Source of the DNA: Mobula birostris | Taxonomy: Eukaryota | DNA: 64,000 bases | Assembly: GCF_030028105.1 (NCBI RefSeq) | Contig: NC_092379.1 | Location: 21,863,309 to 21,927,308 of the forward strand | Direction: 5' to 3' | Shown here: positions 12,230-24,795 of the stretch, one piece after another | Layout of the letters: every line of letters begins with the position of its first letter | Numbering within the stretch: the stretch's first letter is position 1 | Notes under the pieces: generated by a model | The model's input: only the letters and a program-made list of their open reading frames with translations | Database searches by the model: none | What the model was told of the DNA's origin: nothing | Made by a program: the position numbers and the translations under genes

Positions 12230-13640
12230 CTCACTCTAATGTCCGCTCCCCACGATGACCAAGAGACCATGGGACTGCTGCTTGATCTCCCTTAAAATTT
12301 GCTTGTCAGAAATAAACAATTCCCCTGGGGTCACATAGGGGTTGGGGAGTTTGGAAAGAACGATGTGTATGAGAGGATCTGGGTCGATCAGGATGAGAGA
12401 GAAAAGGGGACAGAGGAGGAGAAGTTGACCTGAAATTGGAGAATTCAACATTGGGATATCGGACTGTAGGTTACTCAAGTGGAATATGAGATTCTATTCC
12501 TCTGGCTTGCTTTAGCCTCACTGTTGCACTGAATGATGCCAAGACCAGATGGCTTGGTGTGGCAATGGGGAGAGGAATTAAAATGGTTTGCAAGTGGGAG
12601 CTGTCGATGGCCATTGTGTCTGGAGTGCAGGTGTTTGTTAAAGTGGTTCCCTAGTCGGCCCTTGGGTCACCTTGAGAGCACTGAATGCGACAGTCAATAA
12701 TGGATGGGGTGCCTGGAAATCTGAGCCTCACTGGAAAGACTGTTTAAGTCATTGAATAGTGGTGAGGAAGGGTAGGGACAGGTGTTACACTATCATCAAT
12801 TGCAGGGAAAATGTCTGGTGAGGGTGAGTTATCAACAAACCATTGAATCACAGAGAGGGTGGTTGAGGCAAGTTCAATGTTGTTGTTTAAAGTTAAATTG
12901 GATAGATATGTGGACAGGAAAGGAATGGAGGGTTATGGGCTGAGTACAGGTTGGTGGGACTAGGTGAGAGTAAGGGTTCGGCATGGACTTGAAGGGCCAA
13001 GGTGGCCTGTTTCCATGCTGTAATTGTTATAGTAGTTATTGTTATATGGTTATATAGGGTGGTCCCCGTGGAGTGTAAGTAGGTGGGAAGGGGAAAGATA
13101 TGACTAATGGTGGGATCACATTGCAACTGCTGGAAATGTGTAGAATGAATTGCTGGAGGTGAAGCCTGGTGGGATGAAATGTGAGGAAACTCTCTCACTG
13201 TTCTGTCTGAGGGAGATGGATTCAGTGCAGAACTGCTGGAAATGGAGGAGATGTGGGTCAGGTCTCTATCAACCACAGCATGAGAGTGAGCTGAAAGCTG
13301 CTGCTCTTTCTGAAAAGGCGACATTTCAGATGTCCTGAAGAACAGATTCTGCAGAGATAGTAAAACTGAGAGAAAGGAATGGCATCCGTACATGAAAGAA
13401 ATTGATCAGAAGTGTCGTTCTGGTGGTTATGGGATTTAATCATTTTGTAGTAATTGTAAATGGACCAAGAAAGGGGAAGTTGGTGTCGGAAATGGTCCAA
13501 GTGAATCTGAGGTTTTTGAGGGAAATGGGTAATCTACATTTTGGATGAAGACTTTTCACTCGAACTGAGAGTGGAACAGGGATCACCAGTATAAAGAGGT
13601 GAGAGAGTGGGCTGGAACCTGAGCTAGTTATCTTTGGATC
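12230..13640 (-). mobile_element. Penelope-like element remnant (RT C-terminus and GIY-YIG region), with a small CR1 3'-tail insert at about 12850-13050
   Basis: Antisense similarity to the 38735-40740 element; minus strand reads HLHSRHNGHRQLPLANHFNSSPH, typical of the GIY-YIG C-terminal region. Confidence 0.65.
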
Positions 13641-13728
13641 TCCTTTAGTGAAGAGAGATCCCAGATGTCTGCAAAATTGCTAACGTTTTTCTTTGTATAA
13701 GGGCAATCTATTTCTCTGGATCACTTAC

Positions 13729-14056
13729 CTGCCCTCTCTATCACCATTGCAAAGTCAGTGCTACAGTGCCTCAAAAAATTTTATTCACAGCAATTTCAAG
13801 CTAACTGGAAACACATCCAACAGTGAACTGTTAACTTCAGCCTAATGAACACAGAGACACTGTGTTCAAAGCCACCCACTGGTGAGGGGTTAACGTACAC
13901 ACATTGAAGGATTGGTCCAGGTATGTTGTGAAAGTCTGCAGTACCCCAGCAAGTTGCACAGAATCCCCTCACTTCACCTGATGGAGAGAGTCCTGAGGAG
14001 GAAGTCAAGAACTCCAAAGCTCTCAGGGAATGGAGGAATATAACCGGTTTGCAATC
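13729..14056 (-). pseudogene. Decayed Ig C1-set constant-domain-like exon
   Basis: TTTTTCAG acceptor before 14056; the phase-1 frame reads GYIPPFPE..DFLLRTLSIR*(W?)SEGDSVQLAGVLQTFTTYLDQSFNVCTLTPHQW; a CAG|GTAAGT donor follows 13729. The first-Cys segment is missing and stops are present. Confidence 0.42.
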
Positions 14057-14099
14057 CTGAAAAATCAATAAGCAACACACACAAAATGTTGGATAAACT

Positions 14100-14560
14100 C
14101 AGCAGCTCAGGTCCATTGATGCTGCCAGGTACTCACTACTCTCGGTGTTAAGCTAACGCTCAGATCTCTTTTTAACCTCTGCCCTCTTATCTTCTATTAG
14201 TACCCTCCCGTGTTGGACTCCCAACCCTGAGGAAAAGCCTAGGACCATCCACCATTCCATACCCCTCATGATTTTACAAACTTCTGAGGTTGTCCCACAT
14301 TTTCCTCTACTCCAGATAATAAAGAACCAGCATGGCTTACCTCGCCCTATAACTCAGGCCCTGCAGTCCAGGCAGCATCCTTGTACATCTCTTCTGTACC
14401 ATTTCCAGCTTGTCAATATCTTTCCTATATCAGACTGACCAAAACTGTACACAATACTCTGAGTGTGGCCTCATCAACAATTTACATAACTGCCGCATAA
14501 TCTCCCTGACTGATGAAGGCCAGCATGGTAAATGCCTTCTTCACCACCTTGTCATCTCCT
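14100..14560 (-). mobile_element. CR1 3' fragments
   Basis: Antisense CTCGCCCTATAACTCAGGCCC..CATCCTTGTACATCTCTTCTGTACC matches the CR1 RT C-terminus. Confidence 0.65.
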
Positions 14561-14619
14561 CACAAACTCCATCAGCACAGTTACACCACAAGATTGTGTG
14601 CTTAGCCCCCTGCTCCACT

Positions 14620-15570
14620 CGCTTTACACTCAGCATAAATTCAATGCCATATTTATGTTTACTGATGACACCTCTGTCGTAGACTGAATCAAAAGTGGTG
14701 ACAAATCAACAGATAGGAGAGAGATTGAAAATCTGTCTGAGTGGTGCAACAACAACAACCTATCACTCCATGTCAACAAGATCAAGGAGAGGATTTGACT
14801 TCAGGAGGAGGAAACCAGACGTCCAAGAGTCCTCATCAGTGGATCAGAGGTGGAGAGGTTCAGCAACTTTAAATTCCTCAGTGTAAGTGTCATTATGAAG
14901 AAGGCACGATAGTGCCTCTACTTTCTCACCAGTTTGCAAAGATATGGCATGACATCGAAAACGTTGACAATTTTCTATAGTTGTGTGGTGGAGAGTATAT
15001 CGACTGGTTGCATTATGGCCTGGTATGGAAACACCAATCCCGTTGAATGGAAAAGCCCAGTCCATTATGGGTAAAGCCCTCCCTACCATTGAGCACATAC
15101 ACAAAGAGTGCTGTCACAGGAAAGCAGCCTCCATCATTGAGGACCCACACCATCCAGACAATGTTCTCTTCTCAGAAAAAAGGAGCAGGAGCCTCAGGAT
15201 CTGCATCACCAGGTTCAGGAATAGTTATTAACACTCAACCATAGACTCTTGAATCAGAGGGGTATCTTCACTTAACTTCTCCAGTCCTATCACTGAACGG
15301 TTCCCTAAACTTTGGACTGACTTTCAAGGACTCTTATGTTCTCAATATTTATTGTTTATTTATTATTACATTTTTTATTTATTATTTCTTTTTTTTCTCC
15401 TTTCGGTATTTGCACACTTGTTGTCTTTTGCACATTGGTTGTTCATTTGTCCTGTTGGATTCAGTCTTTCATGGATTATGTTTTGTTTCTTGTATTTACA
15501 GTGATTGCCTGCAAGAAAATAAATCTTTGGATGTTAATTGTGACATGTATGTATGTACTTTGATGATACA
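14620..15570 (+). mobile_element. Rex1/Babar-type LINE 3' part
   Basis: DDTSVVD..DKSTDRREIENLSEWCNNNNLSLHVNK.K and NFYSCVVESISTGCIMAWYGN motifs, followed by the 3' tail. Confidence 0.75.
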
Positions 15571-15619
15571 TTTACTTTGAAATTTGAACTTGTGTGGCTG
15601 ATTTCAGTGAACTGTGTAC

Positions 15620-17100
15620 TAGGACTTTCAGGTCCCTCTGTTCTACAATACTCATCAGTGCCCTGCCATTTACTGTACAAGACCTTCCCTGTTTGACTGT
15701 CAAAAAATGCATCACCTCACATTGATCTAAATTGCTATTCCTTAGCCCTTGTCTCAAACAGATCAAGATATTTTTGCAAATCAAAGTAACCTGCTTCACT
15801 ATCAACAAGACCCCCTCATTTAGTATCATCAGCAAACTTGAATTGTGCCTTGTACATTGGCATTCCAAATAATTTGCACAAATCATAAATATCAGAGGTA
15901 CCAACATTGACCCCTTGTAACCACGAATCACAGTCCACCAGTCAAAGAATCGATCTTCAACCACCACCCCTCTGCTTTATATCATCATTAAACACACAGG
16001 CGAGCGTGATGGTCTTTCAAAAGATGCAGTCTCTCTATAGTCAACCTTTTACTGTTAAGGTAGCTGATGAACCTTGGTATCAACCTTGCCTGCCAGATTC
16101 ATCTCATAGCCTCTTTTTGCCCTCATGTTTTCCCTCTTAAGCCTGGTCTTAAACTTTTTACATTCATCAAGGGATTCATTCACCCACAGCTGCCTAAACA
16201 CATTGTACACTTCCTTTTTTATCTTTACTGGAGCATTGATATCTTTTGTCAGCCAGGGTTTCCTGAATTGGGTACGTCTACCATTCACACTAACAGGAAC
16301 ATGTTGCCATCTGGACTCTTGATATCACCCTTTTAAAATCTCCCACTTGCCAACTATTCCTTTGTCTTCATTTAAATGGAGTCAGCCTTACTTGACCCAC
16401 CTTTTGCCTAAGAGGAGGTTCAGTAGGACTCCTTCCCAATAGGTTCTTGGACACCTCACACAAATTGGACCCCATCCAGGCCCTTTGCACTCCGGATGAC
16501 CCAGGTGACACCAGGATATTTGACATTTCCTTTGAGCACCACCCTACTATTTTCACAATTATGTGTAATTTCTCCACACGTCTCTGCTCCTTGGGTTTCC
16601 ACTGACTGCTGGGGGATTTCTGATTAGCAAGACCAAGGTGACCATCCACTTCTTATTTCTAAGTTCTACCCAAATTCCCTCGTTAAATTATCCCTCAAGA
16701 ATGTTCATTCTAAGCACTGCTGTTATGTCATCTGTTATCAAAGGACAACACCCTCTCCAGTCTTATCTGTTTCTTCGTCATGTCAAAAGCATCAGTATCC
16801 CTGAACACTGGGGCTGCCCTTCTCTCAACCACGTCTCTGCTCTGACCACAATATTCCAGTCACTAGGAACAACTCACAATCCTCTCCTTTCATCCATCCT
16901 ACCTGTTAAGATAACTGTATGGAATGAGATATAATGTAAGTCAGTGGTCTGATCTGAAACTTCACTGGAAACATGGCTATCCTGATTGCTGTGTGAACAC
17001 TCTTTGGATGCTGAATATACCCCTGTCTACTCACTGACCTCACTCTCTTGTGTCCCGCATCCCTGCCAATCTAGTTTAAACCCTCCCTTGTTGTTACCAT
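15620..17100 (-). mobile_element. Fragmented CR1 ORF2 remnants
   Basis: ORF 16055-16288 KPWLTKDINAPVKIKKEVYN and ORF 15572-15967 with RT-like segments. Confidence 0.6.
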
Positions 17101-17129
17101 ATACTACCCTGAGATTCATTTTCTTGAGG

Positions 17130-17680
17130 CGTCAGGGTAAATGCAAAGAAACACAATCAAATCAATGAAAAACCACACACATGCCAGTCAAGCAACTGAT
17201 AAAAAAAGACAACAAGCTGCAAAAATTAAATGAAAAAAGAAACAAACAAAATAATAATAATAAACAAATAAGCAATAAATATCAAGATCATGAGATGAAG
17301 AGTCCTTGAAACTGAGAGCACAGGTTGCAGGAACAGTTCAGTGTTGGGCTGAGTGAAGTTAACTCATTGGTTCAATGGCCTGATAGTTGAGGGATAATAA
17401 CTGTTCCTGAACCTAGTGGTGTGGGTCCTGAGGCTCCTGTACCTCCTTCCAAAGAAGAGAACGTGGCCGGGATGGAGTAAGTCCTTGATGATGGAGCTGT
17501 TTTCCCATGACAGCACTCCTTGTAGACATGCTCAATGGTGGGGAGGGCTTTACCCACAATGGACCTGGTTGTATCCATTAATTTTTGCAGACTTTCACGT
17601 TCAAGGGTATCGGTGTTCCCAAACTAGGCCATAATGGAACCAGTCAGTACTGCCTCCACAGAGCAACTATAGAAGTCTGA
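17130..17680 (-). mobile_element. Rex1/Babar-type LINE 3' fragment
   Basis: Antisense copy of 15050-15560 (SIVGKALPTIEH). Confidence 0.7.
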
Positions 17681-18444
17681 CAATGTTTTTGCAATATTCT
17701 GGTTCATATCTTTTACTGTTATGCTGTATGTATTTCACTTTGTGTAGCTCTATAAGAGCTGTTTGTTTTGTTTTCAGCCTGTTTGGGTTATTGTTGAAGA
17801 TAAGCAATGATGTGGAATGTATGCCATCCAATTAGCAAGAGGTTTTTCTTGGTGAGGGACAATAAGGTTGGTCTTAGGCTTTTGTTCGAGAGGAGATGAA
17901 GAGAGAAGATGCTGAGGAGAACTGTTGGTTCAAGATGGATTGTGACTGACGTTTGGAAGGTGGTGTGTGCTTTCACGTTGACCGAGGACCCAGCACATGA
18001 GTGACAGAGAAGTTCAAGATGAACTCCAACTTATGCACATTTGACTGTAAAATTAGAATGGGTCCTTTTCTTTTTGTTATTCTTTGAGAAGACTTCAATC
18101 AAGATTCATAAACATAATTCCTTTAATTGTACACAGTGTCCTGTCTGTTATTTTGTGGCATTAATTTGTAACAGGGTAGCAAATGACACAGCATTCATAC
18201 AAACCGGGGTTTGGGGTGGGATCCAATGCGACTCAATCTCTACAGTTCCTGTAGAGACATGTTCCTGTATTCATCTGTAGATTTTATCCTTACCTTCCTA
18301 AATCATCGCGTGTTATGTGCACTACTGTGATTTATACCCTGGTTCGGAGAAATGTTGTCCCATTTCAATATACATTATATGGTTATATACGTTATACACA
18401 ATAACAATGATAATAAATGACAATAAATTTGACGCGACTTGATG

Positions 18445-18680
18445 AAGTGAGGTTGAGTCGCTGGAATGTGAGAACCTGTGGAATATTCAAAGCGAAAGAT
18501 ATGTGTGTCCCAATGTTGTTTTAGTCTCGAACATAGATGTTGATGTTACAACCGGCGTGAGGGGTTCAGGAGAAAGTCAGCTGAAGGAACAAGGTAACAG
18601 GTACACGTTATGGAAGGGCCATCTGGAAGGAAAACCTCTTCTATGTGGGGTTGGATTAGCTGTGAAAAATGAGATATTTG
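18445..18680 (+). mobile_element. RTE-type LINE endonuclease N-terminal fragment
   Basis: WNVRT.. then GESQLKEQGNRYTLWKG..GVGLAVKN. Confidence 0.6.
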
Positions 18681-18749
18681 TCCCAGTGGGCGGTGTTAAC
18701 AGCGATGTCAATCATGTTGAATGTTAGCCAATAAAGAAACAGCAGCACC

Positions 18750-20444
18750 TCGGGAACTCCAATGAACTGCAAAGTGATAATGACTCAACAGAGACCTCTA
18801 GTGGCTTAAGTGATGATGGCAGTAATGAGATATTTGGTCCGGCAGCCATGACAGGACTTGCCTCAGTAAAAATTCAGAGAGTGAAAACATACAAGACTGA
18901 TGATAGAAAGGAAATAGGAGGTTTTTCATCAACCACTAGATCCCCAAAAAATGATGAATGAGCGAAGAAAGCTGTTGGGCTGAACTTCAATGAATTAAGA
19001 ATATATCCAGATTGCATCCAGATGTGGGCATTCAAATATTAGTTACTATGCTATTAACTCAGCAAATAAACCAAACTCTATAAATAGTTTAGAGATGTAG
19101 AGCATGCCAGAAAACAAACCCCAGATTAACAAAGAAGCTAACTCCACTAAGTACTCTTGCCCCTTCCAGTCCATTTTTACATCTACTGGTGGACTACATT
19201 ACTTTACCGAAGTGCAAAGAGATTTGAAATGTGTCAGTAATAATGGGCACATTTTCAAGATGGGTGAAGCCATCCCAACAAGAAAAGCTCCTGCCACACA
19301 CACAGCCAAAACTCTGATTAAGGACTATAATCCTAGATGGGGAATGTCATGCCACATTGACTCTGACCAAGGAACACATTTCACTGGAAACGTTTGTCAA
19401 GAACGGCATCATCAAACAACGGCTGACTAAGTATGAGGAGGAAGTCGTACCTGGGCCGACAGCTATTCCTTTGCTTTTATGCAGCATCAGGGCAACTCTA
19501 AATAAGAACACAAAACTGAGTCCAAATAACGGGGTGCCCTATGTCACTGCTGGGTGCACTCGATCTGAGAGAGGCTAATATACATTTTTTTGTCAGATAG
19601 TTTAGTTGACTGCTGTTCAAAACCAACACAAGCCATACGGTCTGCTTCTCAACAGCTTTCTGTTGGTTGTAGCGGTGCATCCGAATGAGGTCACACTTTG
19701 ATTCCTGCCGAGTGGGTCCTGGTCAAGGAACCTTATAAGGAACCCCTGGCAGCGTGATTAGAAGGTCCTTACCAAGTAATGTTAATTACTAATTCAGCAG
19801 CTAACGTAGAAGTCAAATGTAAGTGGATGCACGCCAGCCACTGCAAATGAGTTGAAGTATCTCCAGATTAAAACCAATACTGTGGGAAGACTTCAAGCGC
19901 AAATACAACTATTGGACATTATGACTATGAATCTATATTTTTTGCGTTTGTTTAAAAGCGATTACTCTGAATTTTCAGACGTGATTCTGCCAGAGTCAAA
20001 AGGGGGGACTGCAGGAAACCAGTATTTTTATAACATTTTTTATAAAGTTTGTACTCTTAAATGAAGTCATGTATTTGTCACAGTGCGTGGTGGTTCATCC
20101 CCACTCACTGGCACAAAGCGGTATAGCAGTTACAGTAACGGTTTATCACCTTTCTCATTTTTCATTGGCTATTAGCACATTACCCACGTGATGTGTTTTT
20201 TTCATAATCTAGTTCATGAGCGGCTTATTCTGTATTTAAGGAATTTGTTTATCTTGTGCATAAAAGTGAGTGTTTATTTTCAGAATCGCAATCTTGGCTT
20301 CTTCGATACAACTCTTCGCATCGTTTCACAGCTCGTTATCTAATTTGCTTCCAATCTGTATGTTGTTTATATTCTAAAATAAACTGAACTATTGGGATTA
20401 AGACTGCTCGTCTTTTTTGACTCCCAGATGAACCCTAAATTTCA
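18750..20444 (+). mobile_element. ERV remnant A: internally deleted, integrase plus 3' LTR
   Basis: Integrase motifs EAIPTRKA.A.HTAKTLIKDYNPRWG..HIDSDQGTHFTG and EGPYQVMLIT; PPT AAAAGGGGGGA at 19998-20008. Confidence 0.75.
20010..20444 (+). repeat. 3' LTR of ERV remnant A
   Basis: Starts TG right after the PPT, contains AATAAA near 20378 and ends TTCA. Confidence 0.65.
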
Positions 20445-20499
20445 GAAAATAAACAGAGAAGCAATACTCTCTACCACAGCCTGTTCGGTAATAAACAAT

Positions 20500-20844
20500 T
20501 GTCTCACGACCCTGTGGCTGGAAAAGGGAACCTGCTTGTTCCTAACACCACAATCAGTGCGCTGAAATCTGTAGGTGGTGTGGCGGCCCGGACACGCGGG
20601 ACTCGAACCGCCATCGGGAGCCGCGGGCAGAGACGCGGTAGCGCGTTTGGAACTACCCGCCCGAGGCGGACCTTCCGGGGACAGTCTGACGTCACGTCCG
20701 CCCCGCAGGTCGCAGGGGCCCATGGGAGGGGAGATTTAAGCGCGCGATTTTGAATCAGTAAAGGCATTCTGAGTTCAGCTCTCTCTGCCTCCGTGTGTTT
20801 CCTTAGCAGCGCGTTTGCGCCCGACTGCAGTGGTGTCCCCGACG
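20500..20844 (+). mobile_element. CpG-rich LTR (20500-20829) with tRNA-Trp-type PBS (20831-20844), probably Gypsy
   Basis: TG...CA ends with ATTTAAG and AGTAAA motifs; TGGTGTCCCCGACG matches the tRNA-Trp PBS TGGTGACCCCGACG at 13 of 14 positions. Confidence 0.65.
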
Positions 20845-20936
20845 CTGGCCAGTGTAGGGGGCATTGGTTAATGCCTCAGGATACTTCAATCCTGGTCCTT
20901 GGCAAACTTTTGCAAATGTCTTTTTAAGTATCCCGT

Positions 20937-21221
20937 TCATGTGTTATACCAATCCGGATGACTGGGGTTGATACAGAATATGCATTTGTCAATTGAACAC
21001 CAACGCCTGGCTAAGCGCATAGTGATTTGAGCTGTGAAGTGAGTTTCCCTGTCACTATTGATATTAGTGGGGACTCCAGCCCTTCGGATTATGTCTCCCA
21101 TGAGACACTTTACCACAGTGCGAGCGTCATCCCTCTTAGCAACAAACGCTTCGATCCACTTCGAAAACATATTCACAACCTCCAGCACATGCTTGTGTCT
21201 GTTTTGTGCAGACGTATGCAC
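20937..21221 (-). pseudogene. Retroviral integrase core fragment
   Basis: ORF track HVLEVVNMFSKWIEAFVAKRDDARTVVKCL..GVPTNINSDRETHFTAQ. Confidence 0.85.
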
Positions 21222-21619
21222 ATAATGAATTTCTAAACCAGTGAAGGGTCTCTCAGGTGTTGGTAAATGATCAAACTTTGCCGGTGCGCCACGGTAGCGA
21301 GGGCACGCAGGAATCCCTCAGGACATACAACACGTCCATCTGGGTGAGACAACAAGCCAGACTCTGTCTGTGTGCAGCCATGGGAAATCCACGGGCGGAT
21401 GCTTGTGCTGCACAAGCGGAAGGTTGAGTGAATCCTGATGCTGCGGGTCCTAACTAACCACAGAGGCCTGGGATATTGTAGCTTGTTTAGCAGCGGCGTC
21501 GGCCGCGGCATCACCGCTGGAGAGTTCATCTTTTCCCTTCACACTTGACACTTGCCAGTTGTAAAGGCAATAGAATAGCTTGGAGTAAATTAATAATTAA
21601 TTGAAAATATTCAACAGGT

Positions 21620-22123
21620 TTATCTGAAGATATGATAAATCACTTTGTTGTCAAAATCACGTGTCACTCCAAAAATATAGAGAATCAGCATCCCTGTTGC
21701 ACGGGTTGGGGCGAACAATACAGCTGCCTGTGTTGAAGTACCAGACGGGAATGCATAATCCTCTCGTCTCTCAAAAGAAGAAACAATAGCATCTCCAGAA
21801 AGCATCTGTGTATCCGATGGGCGAATAGAAGATCCATCAGTAAACAGAATTAGGTCTGGATTATCAAGAGGAGTTCTGAGCAGGACAGGAGGAGGAGATG
21901 TGGTGGTTTCCACCATCGCTACACAATCATGTAAAGGTGTGTTATCCTCAAACTCGTGTAATGGAAGAAGAGAAACGAGGTTTAGTGCAGGGTCACTGTG
22001 GCAAGAAAGGTTGAGTTTAGGGAGCAACGTGACCGCATAACTTGTACACCTTACTGCTGTAAAATGCTTCGGGGCTGCTGAATTTAAAAGACGCAAAATG
22101 CACGGGGAGCCAAAACTGTACAA
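21620..22123 (-). pseudogene. Retroviral RT connection and RNase H fragment
   Basis: LNPALNLVSLLP..HDC..TPLDNPDLILFTDGSS..GTSTQAAVLFA.TRA (ORF track, degenerate). Confidence 0.8.
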
Positions 22124-22419
22124 AGGTTATCCAATACTATCGCATTGGGCTTTTCTTCCATAACTGCAGTGGCGGCGACAGACCTTAAACGACCAGGCAA
22201 GCCCCTTACAACTAGCGGTAATTGTACAGAACAATATGCAAAGGGTCATCCAGGTTGCTGCGTTAAAATGCCGCCCGCAAACCCTTGGTGTTCATGAACA
22301 AATAATTGGACAAGAGCTGAAGAGTCAGTTATGCCCAAGGCTGGGGCAGTTGATAAAGCTGCTTTAAGAGCATTAAAGGCTGCGTACATTTCCTGAGTCC
22401 ATTGTATTTCGGCAGGCAA

Positions 22420-24080
22420 GTCAGGTCAGGAGGTTGGCGAACAGGAGCATCCATTATTCGATATTCGGGAATCCAATGTCTACAATAAGACTAGATGGGA
22501 TAGAGTTTTTCAAAGGTGTTCAAGAAAGTTTTCTTCATCTGTACTTAGAAGTCCCAACGAGAGAGTGTGCGATACTGGATCTGCTATTAGGGAATGAGAC
22601 AGGGCAGGTGACAGAAGTTTGTGTAGGGGAACACTTTGCATCCAATGACCACAATGCCATTAGTTTCAACGTAGATATGCAAAAATATACGTCTTGTCCG
22701 TGGATTGAGAGTCTAAATTGGAGAAGGGTCAATTTTAATGGTATCAGAAATGATCTGGCAATTGTGGGTTCGGACAGGCTCTTTTCTTGCAAAGATGTAC
22801 TTGGTAAGTGGGAGGCTTCCAAAAGCGAAATATTGAAAGTACAAAGCTTGTATGTGCTTATCATAATAAAACGTAACGATAACAACTGCAGGGAACCTTG
22901 GTTTTCAAGAGATATTGAGGCCCTCGTTAAGAGAAAAAAGGAGGTGAATCGCAGGTAGAGGCAGATAGGAACAAATGGGGTGCTTATGGAGTATAAGAAA
23001 TACAAGGGAACACTTAAGAGATAAATCAGGAGTGCTAAAAGAAGGCATGAAGTTGTTCTACCAGACAAAGTCAAGGAGAGTTTCAAGGGCTTCAATAGGT
23101 ATGTTAAGAGCTAAAGAATTACAAAGGACAAACTTGGTTCTCTGGAAGATCAGAATTGTAATCCATGTGTGGAGCCAGAAATAATAGGGGAGATATTATT
23201 ATTATTATTTGCATTTGTATTTACTCAGGAGATGGACACAGAATCTACACAAGTGAGGCAAAGTGGCATCATGAACCCTGTACAGTTTAAAGAGGAGGAG
23301 GTGTTGGCAACCCTGAGGCAAATCAGGGTGGATAGATCCCCAGGGTTTGATAAGGTGTCTCCTCGGATCTTACAAGTGCAGAAATTGCTGGGGCTCTAGA
23401 ACAGATATTTAAATTATCCTAGCGACAGGAGAGGTACCAGAGAATTGGAGGATAGCTAATGTTGTTCTGCTATTTAAAAATGATCTAAACACAAACTAGG
23501 AAATTATAGTCCGGTGAGTCTGATCTCAGTCATGGGAAAGTTATTGGAAAGTTTTTCTCCTGTCCTGATGAAGGGTCTCGGCCCGAAATGTCGACTGTTT
23601 ACTCTTTCCTATAGATGCTGCCTGGCCTGCTGAGTTCCTCTAACATTGTGTGTTGAGTATTGGGGATGGTATGTTATGTTGGTGTTGTATATTATAAGAC
23701 ATAATGAGAGGAGATTTGATAGAGATATATAAAATTGTGAGGAGTATAGATAGGGTTAATGCAAGCAAACTTTTCCCACCGAGGGGTTGGGGTGGGACGA
23801 CAACCAAAGATCACGGCTTAAGTGTGAAAGATGAAACGTTCAAATGGAACATGAGGGAAAACTTCTTTACTCAGGGGGTCGTGAGAGTGTGGAATGAATT
23901 GTCAACACAAGTGGTGCATGCGAGCTCTTCTGCAACGTTTTCGAGAATTAAATGGATGGTAGGGGTATGGAGGACTATGGTCCTGGCGCAGGTCGATGGG
24001 AGTCGTCAGTTTAAATTGTTTCAGCATTGACTAGATGGGTCGAAGGGCCTGATTCTGTGCTGTAATTCTGTATGACTCTA
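22420..24080 (+). mobile_element. CR1 LINE (internally deleted) inserted in the ERV pol
   Basis: PTRECAILDLLLGNETGQV..DHNAISF; MRGDLIEIYKIVRSIDRV; 3' tail at about 24030-24080. Confidence 0.85.
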
Positions 24081-24164
24081 ATAATTGACCCTTCCCAAAA
24101 AGGAAAACATTTCATTTCAGGTAGGGGGAGGTGCTACATCAATAATAGGTAAAATTCGTTCTTC

Positions 24165-24795
24165 GGAAAGTTTTAGATTATGAAGACACACAGACCTCTT
24201 TTATTGTCATTTAATAATGCATGCATTATCAAATGATACAATATTTCCTCCGGTGTGATATCACAAAACACAGGAGAGACCAAGACTGAAAAAACTGACA
24301 AAACCACATAATTATAACATATAGTTACAATAGTGCAACAATACCATAACTCGATGAAGAAGTCCATGAGCACAGTAAAAATTTCAAAGTCTCTCAAATG
24401 TCCCACACCTCACGCAGACGGGAGAAGGAAGAAAATCTCTCCCTGGCATGCCCGACCACAATCCGTCTCTGAGTCATCCGAAAACTTCGAGCCTCCGAAT
24501 CAGCTCCCCAACACCGAGTACTGAGCGCCATCTCTGTCCGAACGATTCGACCTCCATCTCTGTCGCCAACAGCAGGCAAAACCGGGGATTTTGAGGCCTT
24601 CCCTCCGGAAGATTCCCGACCGCGCAGTAACGACAGCAGCGAACGAGCGTTTCAGAAATGTCTCCAGATGTTCCTCTGTGTTTTCACGTCCGTCTCCGTC
24701 AAATCAGAATTGTCCACGGCCCCTATTTAACGGCTACGATATCATTTTTCACCGGAGGGCTGCGCACGCGCGGCGCGCTGCTCTCTCTCCTCCCG
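24165..24795. repeat. Unclassified CpG-rich interspersed repeat inserted in the ERV RT
   Basis: The ERV RT frame breaks at both edges; composition differs; a related-looking element lies at 48690-49000. Confidence 0.5.

Noticed and set aside
17790-17980. Hydrophobic LLSIF stretch resembling an Ig transmembrane exon
   Set aside because: No other CART motif residues or splice sites support it
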